Positions 50,086-60,527 of a stretch of DNA of 64,000 bases are shown in pieces; positions within the stretch are counted from its first letter, which is position 1, and the number at the start of each line of letters is the position of its first letter. The notes under the pieces are model-generated. The model worked only from the letters and a program-made list of their open reading frames with translations, ran no database searches and had not been told where the DNA came from. Source of the DNA: Cyanobacteriota bacterium (GTDB lineage Bacteria > Cyanobacteriota > Cyanobacteriia > Thermostichales > Thermostichaceae); the NCBI GenBank assembly GCA_033764955.1, contig JANRIL010000029.1, positions 1 through 64,000 of the forward strand, in the 5' to 3' direction. Both the position numbers and the translations under genes were made by a program.

Positions 50086-52071
50086 CTAAAACCTCTCGAA
50101 AATCGAGTTATTTTGCTTAATGGCTAACATAGTAATGTCATCATATTGAGCAGTTTCCCCAATATAGGTTTTCAATTCTGCTAGGATCTTATCTAAAAGC
50201 TGACGAGCTGTTAGAGTTTCTGTTTGAACTAGAGCTTCTAGCCGTTTTCGTCCATATAGTTGCTTGGTTTGGTTACGGGCATCTGTGACACCATCGGTAT
50301 AGCCCAACAGCAGATCTCCTGACATCATTTGTAGCTCCTTGATTTCAAATTTTGCTTCCTCACTGGAAAACATTCCTACTGCTGGTCCAGTTGAATCTAG
50401 CTGAGTTTTTATTTGACCGTTCTTACCCAAAACAAATAAGGACTCATGACCACCATTAATGTAAACAATTTTGCCAGTTCCAACATCTAGGACGCCAAAG
50501 AAAAGAGTAGCAAACATTCCTGACTGACCATGATTATTAATGATATAGTCATTAGTTAGCTTTACTGTATTCAACACAATGTTATGAATGGGACTCACTG
50601 AGGTATGACGAGTAGTGTCCTGACCTCCAGTTTTGCCCCCTCCATCCATCAATCGATCTAAAATTTGTAGAGGGTAAGTTCCTTTAGAAAAGGTGCGAAT
50701 CAGTGTACAAAACAAAGCCATAAACATCGCCGCCGGAACTCCCTTGTCGGTTACATCTCCAATGACAATCGCATACAGATCATTGCGAATATGAAAGGTA
50801 TCGTAGAAGTCTCCCGCTACTTCTCGCGCTGGTTGAAATGACGCCTCAAACTCCCAGCCCGTGAGGGTTGGTAATGTCTTGGGTAAAAACTGATTTTGAA
50901 TGTCTCGTCCTTGCTGAAGTTCCGTTTGAGTCGAAGCTAATTTAACTTGTACTTTCAATAGTGTTTGCAACTGTTCTGCCATCTGATTAAATGAGTCCGC
51001 CAATAAACCAAGCTCATCTTTTCGAGTAACAGTTACACGGTAGCTCAAATTGCCGCGGGCAATATTTTGGGATCCCTCCACCAAACTAAGAATGGGCTTG
51101 ACCAAATGACTTGCTAAGAGCGATGTGAGAAGGGTTAAAGCGAGCACGGCTATTATAGCGAGACTAACAGTAAACAAAGCTAACCAACGCATTCCGACTA
51201 TAATTTCTTGAGCCTGTTGAAGAATAACCACTCCCCATCCCTGGGGAAGTGAAGTTGTAAAAGCCAGCCATGTCACATGGGCATCATCCCGAAACTCGAA
51301 TAGCCCTGTCTCCCCTTCCAGTAATCTTTTGACCGGTGGATAATCAGCTAGATTCTGATTCTTGCCAATGTCAGTGGGGCGTGGATCTAACAGGGTTATT
51401 CCCTGATTGTCAACTAATAAAATATGTCCACTGTTATCCCAATTAATTTCTCTCTGAAAGTTAGCGATTTCTTCTAGACCGTTACAAACAATTAACCATT
51501 CAACCTCTTCTTGTGTTGGGATTAATGCTGCCGTGCTAGGGGGTGATATGGATTGTGGGTTTAGTAAAGTAGCTGAACAAATATCTAGATTTGCAGTAGC
51601 GGCAATTAGAATGGGCTGAATGGTTGTATAGTTCCTGGCCGCTTTAGCAGACTGAATTAGGGTTTGAACCTGCTCGGTGGTTAGCGGAGAGTTAGGTTGG
51701 TTCGCAGCCTGCCCCTCAAGCATCACTGTGCCTGTGGAATCAACCTGCATGACTCTCACAATTGTTGGATAAACAGATAGAAAATTTTGAATCGTTTGCT
51801 GGCGCTGCTCTCGATTCTCACCCCTTGACATAAACTGACGACTCAAGAGTGCGAGTTGTAAACGGTTTTGCTGATGCCAGTTTTCCAAATCTAGAACAAA
51901 GTCTTTGGCTTTCTCTTGGAAACGCTCCTGAGCTTCTTGCAAAAGTAGTCGTTCTGCCTGCCAAGTTAAAATTCCAACCGGCACTAAAATTGCCGGGATC
52001 CCCAGCGCCAAGATCAACACTGTCAGACGATAGCGCAAAGAATAGAATCGCCCAGGTTGATGAGTTATCAT
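50086..52071 (-). CDS. Membrane Cache-HAMP SpoIIE/PP2C phosphatase (IcfG-like)
   Basis: Two TMs flanking a Cache-like sensor (ILLVDNQG...WGVVI), HAMP (DELGLLADSFNQM), VAGDFYD, GDVTDKG, YTDGVTDA, QYDDIT. Confidence 0.92.
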   Translation of the reverse strand: MITHQPGRFYSLRYRLTVLILALGIPAILVPVGILTWQAERLLLQEAQERFQEKAKDFVLDLENWHQQNRLQLALLSRQFMSRGENREQRQQTIQNFLSVYPTIVRVMQVDSTGTVMLEGQAANQPNSPLTTEQVQTLIQSAKAARNYTTIQPILIAATANLDICSATLLNPQSISPPSTAALIPTQEEVEWLIVCNGLEEIANFQREINWDNSGHILLVDNQGITLLDPRPTDIGKNQNLADYPPVKRLLEGETGLFEFRDDAHVTWLAFTTSLPQGWGVVILQQAQEIIVGMRWLALFTVSLAIIAVLALTLLTSLLASHLVKPILSLVEGSQNIARGNLSYRVTVTRKDELGLLADSFNQMAEQLQTLLKVQVKLASTQTELQQGRDIQNQFLPKTLPTLTGWEFEASFQPAREVAGDFYDTFHIRNDLYAIVIGDVTDKGVPAAMFMALFCTLIRTFSKGTYPLQILDRLMDGGGKTGGQDTTRHTSVSPIHNIVLNTVKLTNDYIINNHGQSGMFATLFFGVLDVGTGKIVYINGGHESLFVLGKNGQIKTQLDSTGPAVGMFSSEEAKFEIKELQMMSGDLLLGYTDGVTDARNQTKQLYGRKRLEALVQTETLTARQLLDKILAELKTYIGETAQYDDITMLAIKQNNSIFERF

Positions 52072-52102
52072 AAAAGTATTAGGAAAAAGTATTAAAGAAA
52101 GA

Positions 52103-54085
52103 TTATCGTTTGCTATCGGAAGCTTGGGCTAACCAGCGCACGGCCAACATTGTAATGTCATCAAATTGATTAGCCGTATCAATATAAGCCAGAACCTGCG
52201 ATTCAATTCGTCCCAAAAGGCTGGCAGCAGAGTCTACGGGTTCATTTAATAAATCTAGTAAACGAGACTCTCGAAAGAAAGCTTTATTAGGGCTGCGTGC
52301 TTCTGTTACCCCATCGGTATAGGCTAAAAAAATATCCCCAGGCTGCAACTGAATATTGAGAATTTCGTACTTTTCGCGGGGCAGAAATCCTACGGCGGCT
52401 CCCGATGGGGCAAGGCGAGCTTTGATCTTTTGCTGATGATCTAAAATAATAGGCGGTTCATGTCCCCCATTGATGTAGGTGAGTAAGCCAGTTTCGGGAT
52501 CCAAAACCCCAAAAAACAGCGTGGCAAACATATTAGCATTGCTGTGGTTATGCACAATATAATCATTGGCTAGCGAGACTGCTTTGAGAGGAGCAGTATA
52601 ACTAAGCTCTGCCAACTGGGCTTGGAAGCCGGAGTCACTCATTTGTGGCAAATTATCAGAACTGGCAATCGTTCGGAGGGCTAATAAATAGGATTGCTCA
52701 GCAAACACCCGGATCAAACTGCGAAATAAAGCCATAAATAAAGAGGATCCTACCCCTTTATCAGAAACATCCCCCACCACTAAGCCAATACAATCCCCTG
52801 GCAAAGGGAAGATATCGTAAAAATCTCCGGCCACATCACGAGCGGGACGAAAGCAGGTGGCAAATTCCCAATTTTTCCGCTCTGGCAAATCCTGTGGTAA
52901 AAACTCTTTCTGAATTTGTGTGCCAATTTCCAGTTCCTTTCGTAGGGCACGCAAATAACTTTCTGCTGTATTCTTGGCCTGTAACAACTCAATCTCGGCT
53001 TGCTGACGGCGAGTAATGTCATGCAGTACAACCAGATAGCCAGCCAGTCGATTATAGTCATCCCGCAGCGCGGCCAAATGCATCTCATAGTGATGGGGAT
53101 GCTCATCCCGATCAAAAGTCCAGATGGGTAATGTTTTATAAGTATCTGCTTTGGTTAATAAAGAGGTATTGGTAATTAAACGGTATTGCTCTAATAAATC
53201 AGGTTGATTAATAAATAGAGCTGAAATAGCTTCTCCAACTATCTCTGATTTTTGCCGATTGAGAATACGCACCCCAGATGGATTGACATCCATAATCCGG
53301 TGCTGCCTATCTAAAACGATGATCCCATCACCAAGACTTTTGACCACGGAGTCATAAACAATTGGGATAATATCAACTGATGGATCAACTAAAAAAGTTA
53401 GGGTAACAGCCGGCCCAATCTGGAAAATATCTCCGTTTTGCAGAGATTTTTGCTTGATTCTCTGCCCTTGATATAAAAGCCCATTCGCACTGTCAAGATC
53501 AATAATTTCGTAACCCTCTTCCGTCCTCTGAATTTGGGCATGACGAGCTGAAACTATTGGTAAATCAATGCTGATATCACAGGCGGGATCCCGACCCACT
53601 GTGATCACGATTCCCTTTAGCGGGAAATTGTGAACATCTTGGGGAGTTGTTACTCGTAATGCGGATAAAGGTTCATCATTAAGCTGAATAGTCTGATATC
53701 CAATGTTATTGGCAACATTGGTTGCTCCAGGATCCAAAATCATCTCGGTGGATTCTAGATCCTCTGTCAGCAAATCATTGTGAAAACATAGGTTAAAGGA
53801 ACCAATAGAAATAATGTCTTGATCTGTTAGGGAAAGAGCCTGACCGGGAGCAATCCGAACTTTATTGACCTGAGTTCCGGTTTTGCTGTGCAGATCGGTA
53901 ATTAAATATTGGTTTTGTTCCCATACCAAGCGGGCATGATAGCGAGACACCTCCGGGGCGTCCAAAACCAGTTGGTTGTTGAGGGCACGACCAATCGTAA
54001 CTTCGCAGGTTGCTTGATCAAGTAGCAAGCTCTGTTGCTCTTTGCCATCCGAATAGAGGATCAAACAGGCTACGGATTTGGGCAT
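52103..54085 (-). CDS. FHA-FHA-PAS SpoIIE/PP2C phosphatase
   Basis: FHA1 TIGR..VSRYHA..S.TGT; FHA2 VGRD..VSARHA..SANG; PAS (DGIIVLD...HDIT); VAGDFYD, GDVSDKG, YTDGVTEA, QFDDIT. Confidence 0.92.
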   Translation of the reverse strand: MPKSVACLILYSDGKEQQSLLLDQATCEVTIGRALNNQLVLDAPEVSRYHARLVWEQNQYLITDLHSKTGTQVNKVRIAPGQALSLTDQDIISIGSFNLCFHNDLLTEDLESTEMILDPGATNVANNIGYQTIQLNDEPLSALRVTTPQDVHNFPLKGIVITVGRDPACDISIDLPIVSARHAQIQRTEEGYEIIDLDSANGLLYQGQRIKQKSLQNGDIFQIGPAVTLTFLVDPSVDIIPIVYDSVVKSLGDGIIVLDRQHRIMDVNPSGVRILNRQKSEIVGEAISALFINQPDLLEQYRLITNTSLLTKADTYKTLPIWTFDRDEHPHHYEMHLAALRDDYNRLAGYLVVLHDITRRQQAEIELLQAKNTAESYLRALRKELEIGTQIQKEFLPQDLPERKNWEFATCFRPARDVAGDFYDIFPLPGDCIGLVVGDVSDKGVGSSLFMALFRSLIRVFAEQSYLLALRTIASSDNLPQMSDSGFQAQLAELSYTAPLKAVSLANDYIVHNHSNANMFATLFFGVLDPETGLLTYINGGHEPPIILDHQQKIKARLAPSGAAVGFLPREKYEILNIQLQPGDIFLAYTDGVTEARSPNKAFFRESRLLDLLNEPVDSAASLLGRIESQVLAYIDTANQFDDITMLAVRWLAQASDSKR

Positions 54086-54164
54086 GGGTGTTAGGAGGTG
54101 AGTGAGCAGGGATCCCTAAACAGGTGGGGAGGAGGATCGGAGCCGATGTTGCCCCTCCGCTATG

Positions 54165-54596
54165 CTAAGCGGGATCCCGATAGACAACAAAAATATTCCG
54201 GTTGCGATTGCCCTCCCGTTCATAAATAAACCGATTTACCCCTTGGATGGCTAAATATACCCCCAAGCCGCCAATGGGTCGATCCGCCAGCGGTTTGAGG
54301 ATCGTCTCTTCCTCAGTCGCAATCGCTCGACTCGGGTCGTAGGTAATTCCAGTGTCCTCAAGATGAATGGTCAGACTTTTGGCATCCAGAATTGCGGCGA
54401 TCTCAATATTGCCTTCGCAGCCTGCCTCAGCATAGCCGTGGGTGATGATGTTGGTGGCAATTTCATCCACCGCCAGCCGCAAACGGTAAGTAGCTCGTGA
54501 ATCCAACCCAGCCTCCTGAGCGGCCATCTTAATATAGTCAGCAATGGGATCCAGAGCGTCTAGCGTACCGGGCAAAACCAAGGCTTCCATAGCCAT
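54165..54596 (-). CDS. RsbW/SpoIIAB-like anti-sigma Ser kinase
   Basis: LAVDEIATNIITHGY, EDTG..YDP, RPIGGLGVYL. Start uncertain (54590-54611). Confidence 0.9.
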   Translation of the reverse strand: MAMEALVLPGTLDALDPIADYIKMAAQEAGLDSRATYRLRLAVDEIATNIITHGYAEAGCEGNIEIAAILDAKSLTIHLEDTGITYDPSRAIATEEETILKPLADRPIGGLGVYLAIQGVNRFIYEREGNRNRNIFVVYRDPA

Positions 54597-54725
54597 AGCC
54601 TCAAAATCCAAGGAAAGAAGGCAAGGGTTCGGTCATTCCATCCACAGGGGGGATTGGTCTGGGGTTGAGAAAAACCGCCATTGCTTGAAACGCAACCTCA
54701 GCCCCCCAGACTGCTCCGCTCGATT

Positions 54726-55040
54726 TCAATAGCTATCAGCGAGGATGACGCTGCGATCAAATCCCGTTTTGGAAAGAGTTTCTAACACCCCTTCTTGGGC
54801 ACCCACCACATAAATATCAACGTCACTGCCCATTTTTTGTTTGGCAAAGATCAAGACTCGCAATCCGGCACTCGCCATATATTCTAAGTTGGCCATCAAC
54901 AACACTAATCGCTTGGGTTGGTGGGTAGCAGCTTGCTCCACTGAGTCTTTGAAGGTGTTGGCCGAAGCGGCATCCAACTCACCTGTGAGGGTAATGAGAG
55001 CGGCATCGTCTTTAACTTCTAAGCTGCTGGTAAAAGCCAT
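54726..55040 (-). CDS. STAS anti-sigma-factor antagonist (RsbV/SpoIIAA-like)
   Basis: LTGELDA, YMASAGLRVL; AGGAG RBS. Confidence 0.92.
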   Translation of the reverse strand: MAFTSSLEVKDDAALITLTGELDAASANTFKDSVEQAATHQPKRLVLLMANLEYMASAGLRVLIFAKQKMGSDVDIYVVGAQEGVLETLSKTGFDRSVILADSY

Positions 55041-55113
55041 GATCACGATCTCCTAAAAGAAAAGATTGCTTGAATGTGTCCGATTTCCCTCGAGATTACC
55101 TAGGAAAATCGTG

Positions 55114-57231
55114 CTAGCGCCCCACTAAGATGGCCACGGCACGACCTCCCAACAGGAGGGTATTTTGATCGGAGAGAGGCGGTTCCTCCCCCACCCCCCA
55201 AATGTCATCGGGATAGTTGACGCTGGTATTGGCAACGATATGCCATTGCACCCCCTCAGGCAGACGGGGCAACTGAAAGGGTAGAGCATCCCAATAGACG
55301 TTAAGCGCTACATAGATAAAGTCATCGTTGGCGGATCCCTCCTTGGCGTGTTTGCCAGAGAGCATAAAAGCGATGACCCGACTGCCTTCTGACCAATCGG
55401 CGTTCCATGCCTGTGTGCCATGCCAAGTGATATCGGCATAGCCTGTGTTCATGTAGTCCACATTACGGAAGTGTTCTCGATTTCTGAGGATGGGGTGAGC
55501 TTTGCGAAAAGCAATACAACGACTAAAGAATCGGAACAGCTCAGGATTTTCGGCCAGCAAATGCCAATTTAACCAGTTCAATTCGTTATCGTGGCAGTAG
55601 GTGTTATTGTTGCCTTGCTGGGTTCTTCCCACTTCATCTCCCATCAAAATCATGGGAACTCCCTGGCTGACCATTAGCATGGCTACGGCGTTTTTGATCT
55701 GGCGTCTTCGCAAAGTTTGAATACCCTGATCTTCGGTTGGTCCCTCCCAGCCACAGTTCCAACTGTGATTATCATTGCCCCCGTCGTTGTTATTTTCTCC
55801 GTTGGCTTCGTTGTGCTTGCTGTTGTAGGAAACCAAGTCCATCAAGGTGAAGCCATCATGACAAGTAATAAAGTTGACGGAAGCTGTGGTTCCCCGTCCC
55901 CGATAGAGATCAGGGGATCCCTGAAGCCGTTGCCCCACATCCCCGATCCGTCCAGTATCCCCTTTCAAAAAGCGGCGTATCCCGTCTCGATATTTGCCGT
56001 TCCACTCCGCCCAGCGCCCGTAGGCGGGAAAGGATCCCACTTGATAAAGACCCCCCGCATCCCAGGCTTCGGCAATCAATTTGCACTTGGACAAAACCGG
56101 ATCAAAAGCCAAGGCTTCCAGCAGGGGTGGATTGGCCAGCGGATACCCCAACGGATCCCGACCCAAAATCGAGGCCAAATCAAAACGGAACCCATCAATG
56201 TGATATTCGGAAGCCCAATAGCGCAAACATTCGATCACCATGCTGCGGACAATCGGATTGTTGCAGTTGAGGGTGTTGCCACAGCCACTGAAATTAAAGT
56301 AGTACCCCTCGGGAGTAAGCATGTAATAGGTTTGGTTGTCAATACCCCGATAGGAAATAGTCGGGCCATATTCATTGCCTTCGGCGGTATGGTTAAAAAC
56401 CACATCCAAAATGACCTCAATACCATTTTGATGCAGATCTTTGATCAAATTTTTCAGCTCATCCACCTGCATCCCCAGCTTTCCGGTGGCGGCATATCCG
56501 GCTTTGGGGGCAAAGAAACCAACGGTACTGTAGCCCCAATAGTTAAGCAATTGTTCTCCCGTTGTGGGATGCAAACGACTATTCTCAAATTCATCAAATT
56601 CGTAGATGGGCATTAACTCAATGCAGTTCACTCCCAGTTCTTTAAGATAGGGAATTTTTTCACGGATCCCTGCATAAGTTCCCGGATGTTTTACCCCGGC
56701 AGAGGGGTGACGGGTAAAGCTACGGACATGCATCTCATAGATAATCAGATCCTCCATCGGTAACTCTAATGGACGATCTTCTTCCCAGTCAAAATCCTCC
56801 AAAACTAGGCGGGCGCGATGCTGGTAGCTATCCTGCCAATTGGGGGTAACACCCCAGATATCCCGTCCGCCGATTACCCTAGCGTAGGGATCCATCAAAA
56901 TTTTACTGGCATCAAACCGTAGTCCTCGCCCTGGGTCAAAGGGGCCATCCATGCGGTAGCCATACTCCAGCGTCTCGACATCTAGATCGAAGACGACCAT
57001 GGTAAAAACGCTGCCGATGCGGAACTGATCGAGGAAGGGAATTTCGACAAATGGCTCCGATTCGTGCTTATTGAATAACACCAACTTGCAGGATTGAGCC
57101 GCGCAGGAAAAGATCGAGAAATTGACCCCTCCTGGTACTAATGTGGCTCCAAAGGGAAATGGTTTGCCCGAACGCAACCGATAGCCTTTGTAGGTGTGGG
57201 TGGGATAAAAATCAATCCGTTGCGCTTCCAT
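55114..57231 (-). CDS. glgX: Glycogen debranching enzyme (isoamylase)
   Basis: GVNFSIFS, IYEMHVR, NYWGY, DVVFNHTAEG, DGFRFDLA, AEAWD, TCHDGFTL, GNNNTYC. Confidence 0.96.
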   Translation of the reverse strand: MEAQRIDFYPTHTYKGYRLRSGKPFPFGATLVPGGVNFSIFSCAAQSCKLVLFNKHESEPFVEIPFLDQFRIGSVFTMVVFDLDVETLEYGYRMDGPFDPGRGLRFDASKILMDPYARVIGGRDIWGVTPNWQDSYQHRARLVLEDFDWEEDRPLELPMEDLIIYEMHVRSFTRHPSAGVKHPGTYAGIREKIPYLKELGVNCIELMPIYEFDEFENSRLHPTTGEQLLNYWGYSTVGFFAPKAGYAATGKLGMQVDELKNLIKDLHQNGIEVILDVVFNHTAEGNEYGPTISYRGIDNQTYYMLTPEGYYFNFSGCGNTLNCNNPIVRSMVIECLRYWASEYHIDGFRFDLASILGRDPLGYPLANPPLLEALAFDPVLSKCKLIAEAWDAGGLYQVGSFPAYGRWAEWNGKYRDGIRRFLKGDTGRIGDVGQRLQGSPDLYRGRGTTASVNFITCHDGFTLMDLVSYNSKHNEANGENNNDGGNDNHSWNCGWEGPTEDQGIQTLRRRQIKNAVAMLMVSQGVPMILMGDEVGRTQQGNNNTYCHDNELNWLNWHLLAENPELFRFFSRCIAFRKAHPILRNREHFRNVDYMNTGYADITWHGTQAWNADWSEGSRVIAFMLSGKHAKEGSANDDFIYVALNVYWDALPFQLPRLPEGVQWHIVANTSVNYPDDIWGVGEEPPLSDQNTLLLGGRAVAILVGR

Positions 57232-57393
57232 GCTTAGCCCTCATCGCCGATGACCAATCCTCAATCAACTTGTAGAGCCAGAATAGGGGGTGACCTATTC
57301 CAGGCGGGATCCCTTGCGAAGGGCTGGCGTTACCTTAAACGAGAGTAAGGTAGGCGGCTCGCACCCATCTGGGGGGGATCCCCACAGGCTAGC

Positions 57394-57729
57394 CTAACTC
57401 TGGAGAGCCGCTAGCCCTGAGTCTACGGTGTCGCTGATGGTAAAAAACTTTAGGAATCCCGTTACCGACATGGTGTCTTTGATATCTTCCGACAGCCCAA
57501 CCAGGGCAATCTGACCGTTATTACTGGTCATTTGTCGGTAGAGCAGCAGCAGCACCCGCAAGCCAGCACTGGACATATAGGTGACGTGGGTCATGTCCAA
57601 CAGCATCTTGCCCCCTGCTTGGGTGAGGGGAACAATCTTTTCCTGTGCCATGGGAGCCGTTTTGCCGTCAATTTCTCCCTCTAGCTCGACTAAGGTGACT
57701 TGATCGACTGTTTTGACTCTGACATCCAT
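57394..57729 (-). CDS. STAS anti-sigma-factor antagonist
   Basis: LEGEIDG, YMSSAGLRVLL, VTGF; AGGAG RBS. Confidence 0.92.
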   Translation of the reverse strand: MDVRVKTVDQVTLVELEGEIDGKTAPMAQEKIVPLTQAGGKMLLDMTHVTYMSSAGLRVLLLLYRQMTSNNGQIALVGLSEDIKDTMSVTGFLKFFTISDTVDSGLAALQS

Positions 57730-57798
57730 GACACTTCTCCTGCTGTTTCTGATCGGCTCACGGGTGAGGTTGGGGATCCCTAAAGCTGGGCTTGCCGC

Positions 57799-59616
57799 CT
57801 AGTCTACTGGCTCAATCCGTACCTTTACTTTAATGGAGTCTTTGGCATCTGGCAGTTGTACCGTCAGCCCTGCCGCATCAAAGTTGTGGTAGGGATCCCC
57901 ATCGATAGTGACGGATTCTAGACGGATGCTGCCGGGGGGCAAGATATCCGGCTGCACCCGCAACACCCGATCCTTGAAGCCATTGGGATGGGGCTTAAAG
58001 TGGAAGTCCATCGGCTGCTTGGTAATCAAGAGGTTGGTATAGACAGAGGCCAAATAGCACAACTCGGTGGAGTGATAGCCGCTCATGGAGTGACTGCCCT
58101 TCAGCCGTTCGGTGCCCAAGAGGTAGGGGATCCCGTTGGCCAAGACGTTAAAGTAAACCGCTCCATCTTGATGATCGAGGAAGAAGGCATTGTAGAAGGC
58201 CGCCGCTTCCCGACCGTGACGGCGGTATTCATCCTTTTTCAGGCAGCCTGCCAAGATCAAGTAGGCAAGGATAGCTTGTTCCTGCTGCCACCAGGCTTTG
58301 CGATCGTGCCAGGCATGGCGATAGCATTTCTGCCCTGGGGCGAGTTCCCGCTCCATCACGTCATACCAGCCCCCCCGCTGTTGATCACTCCCTACAGCAG
58401 GCATGATCTCGGCAATTTTTTCCGCCAAGTTGACGTAGAGATCTTTGGGCTTGAGGCTCTGCATCCGCATTAAATTCCAGGCAATTTTCAGGTTGTGCCC
58501 CACGACCGCCCGGTTTTGCTGCCAGCCCCACGTTTGATCTTTTGACCAGTCATCAAAGAATTTTTCCTGGACAAATGGGCTGTGATCGTAGTCAGGAAAA
58601 TGGGTGGCAATCGTGTCGAACGTATATTCCAAAAAGTCGGCGTATTTGGGATCCCCTGTGGCTAGCCACAGGTTAATCAGATAGGCAGGGGCGTGATCTC
58701 CCACGGAGTTCCAATTTTTGCGGGCTTTGTTGCGTCCCAAGGATTCCGCATGGGGATCCAGGGTGATCGGGTCAATGTGGGAATAGTAGCCACCCTTTTC
58801 TTTGTCTAGGAAAAAGTTATCAAACAGCTTGACCGTTAATTCGGCATCCCGCAGGATACGCGGATCCCCGGTCACTCGATAAGTTTGGATGGGGCCTGCC
58901 AAAGCATAAATTTGTTCATAGGCTGGAATGGCATCATAGTCATCTCCAAACTCGGAGGCAAATACTTTAGTTTCGCGCCGACCACTCACATCAATGCCGT
59001 GATACCAGTAGACAATTTCTTCGTCAGGATCATAGAAACGCATGTGATCCCGCAAATATTCTGTGCCTTTTTCTGCTGCATCCAAAAAGCGATCATCACC
59101 TGTCATCAAATAAGAGCTAGCAAAGCCATAGACTAGCCGTGAAATTGTGTCAGTTTCTTGACGGTGATCCCCCTTTTTCTCGCCGGTTAGAGCCAGAATG
59201 GTTCGATAATTCGTGTAGTCAACGGGTTGATCTTGAAACTGGGCGTGTAGATAAAAATCGGCGATTTGAGCCACTTGATCGACCCACCAGTTGGGCTTCT
59301 CAAAGCGATAGTCTGTATCAGTGCGACCTAAAAAGACAAGGTGTTTAATATCAAATTGATATCCCGCCGGCTCTGGATAAAAAACTCCATAGGCAAAAAG
59401 ATAACGACCTGGTGTCAGCATTTGCCGCATCTGGCCAGTACAGTCCTGATAAGGTTCCCCTAGGTTATGTGCCAATTCCGCATAAGCATTGGCCGAGAAG
59501 TGCAGTTTGAAGTCCCGTCCATCGCTGGTTTTGACGGTGACCGCATCCTGTTCAGGATCAAACTGGGTCACATAACCCGCAACCAAATCGGAAAATGAAA
59601 ATTGAATGTCATTCAT
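57799..59616 (-). CDS. AGE (N-acylglucosamine 2-epimerase) superfamily protein with N- and C-terminal extensions
   Basis: SRLVYGFA, KGGYY, GHNLKIAW, GGWYD, WWQQEQA, GYHSTE (alpha6-barrel His motifs). Confidence 0.85.
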   Translation of the reverse strand: MNDIQFSFSDLVAGYVTQFDPEQDAVTVKTSDGRDFKLHFSANAYAELAHNLGEPYQDCTGQMRQMLTPGRYLFAYGVFYPEPAGYQFDIKHLVFLGRTDTDYRFEKPNWWVDQVAQIADFYLHAQFQDQPVDYTNYRTILALTGEKKGDHRQETDTISRLVYGFASSYLMTGDDRFLDAAEKGTEYLRDHMRFYDPDEEIVYWYHGIDVSGRRETKVFASEFGDDYDAIPAYEQIYALAGPIQTYRVTGDPRILRDAELTVKLFDNFFLDKEKGGYYSHIDPITLDPHAESLGRNKARKNWNSVGDHAPAYLINLWLATGDPKYADFLEYTFDTIATHFPDYDHSPFVQEKFFDDWSKDQTWGWQQNRAVVGHNLKIAWNLMRMQSLKPKDLYVNLAEKIAEIMPAVGSDQQRGGWYDVMERELAPGQKCYRHAWHDRKAWWQQEQAILAYLILAGCLKKDEYRRHGREAAAFYNAFFLDHQDGAVYFNVLANGIPYLLGTERLKGSHSMSGYHSTELCYLASVYTNLLITKQPMDFHFKPHPNGFKDRVLRVQPDILPPGSIRLESVTIDGDPYHNFDAAGLTVQLPDAKDSIKVKVRIEPVD

Positions 59617-59801
59617 GAGTCATTTCTCTCGGAGTAATGAACGGCAAGCTACGGTCTAGATGGGGACAAAAAAGTAGGATAGTTACAGGTTAAGTACAAT
59701 CGGCCAAGGGCAAATCAACGGCTGATGATCTCTGATGATTAAATTAGGATCCTTCACATCAGTCAGGGAACAATAACCACGCAAAGCTCAAGATAATTGC
59801 T

Positions 59802-60374
59802 CTACTTTTTCTTCTCCAGGATATCAATAATCTGACGAGCAAAAAGATGACAGTGATTCCCCGTACGACCCGTTACCAAATCACCATCCACCACCACATC
59901 TTTATCTGTATAAATAGCTCCCATATTGATCACATCTCCATGGAGATTATTGTGACAAGTGACGGGGCGACCTTTGACCAATTCGGGAGCGGGAGAAACC
60001 AGCCACATTCCATGACAAATAATCCCCTTCAAAATGCTTTTTTCTGCGAAAGCACGCTTCAGAAATTCGGTGGCAGGAGAAAGTTTACTGACATCCTCGG
60101 TATAGCGGAGTCGATCCGATACCATCGCGGAAGGAACGATAATAGCCGCAAAACTCTTGAGGGTTTCATCATCCATATTCTCAAAACTTTCATGACACTC
60201 AAACGGCGCATGATATTCATGTCCCTTAAAGGTTAAATAGGATTGCCCCCACAAACGAGTTAGAAAATGCAGATCAGCCCCTTCTTCAGGAAATCGGTAG
60301 TGATAATACCAAATTTCATGCTCGTAGAAATCACTTTCCAGCAGAATGCCTATTTTTTTACCTTTTAGCTTCAT
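59802..60374 (-). CDS. DJ-1/PfpI family protein
   Basis: GKKIGILLE, conserved Glu (HE), nucleophile elbow ICHG, DVVVDGDLVTGR. Confidence 0.9.
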   Translation of the reverse strand: MKLKGKKIGILLESDFYEHEIWYYHYRFPEEGADLHFLTRLWGQSYLTFKGHEYHAPFECHESFENMDDETLKSFAAIIVPSAMVSDRLRYTEDVSKLSPATEFLKRAFAEKSILKGIICHGMWLVSPAPELVKGRPVTCHNNLHGDVINMGAIYTDKDVVVDGDLVTGRTGNHCHLFARQIIDILEKKK

Positions 60375-60454
60375 GTGTCAAGGGATCCCAAATATTTTGT
60401 GGATAATGCTGCAAAGTTGAAGATGATGCCAACAACCGACTTGAGGAAGTGACC

Positions 60455-60477
60455 GGGGAGTTAGCTGCTAACCCCCC
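60455..60477 (-). other. Intercistronic stem-loop
   Basis: Minus strand GGGGGGTTAG-CAG-CTAACTCCCC forms a 10-bp stem with one G-U pair; no U-tract follows. Confidence 0.5.
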
Positions 60478-60527
60478 TAAATAACCTGCTTTTTGCACGC
60501 CAGTCTATGATTCTTGACTACCAACAA

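Noticed and set aside
55717..56616. 299-aa plus-strand ORF
   Set aside because: Antisense shadow of glgX, with no recognisable motifs.
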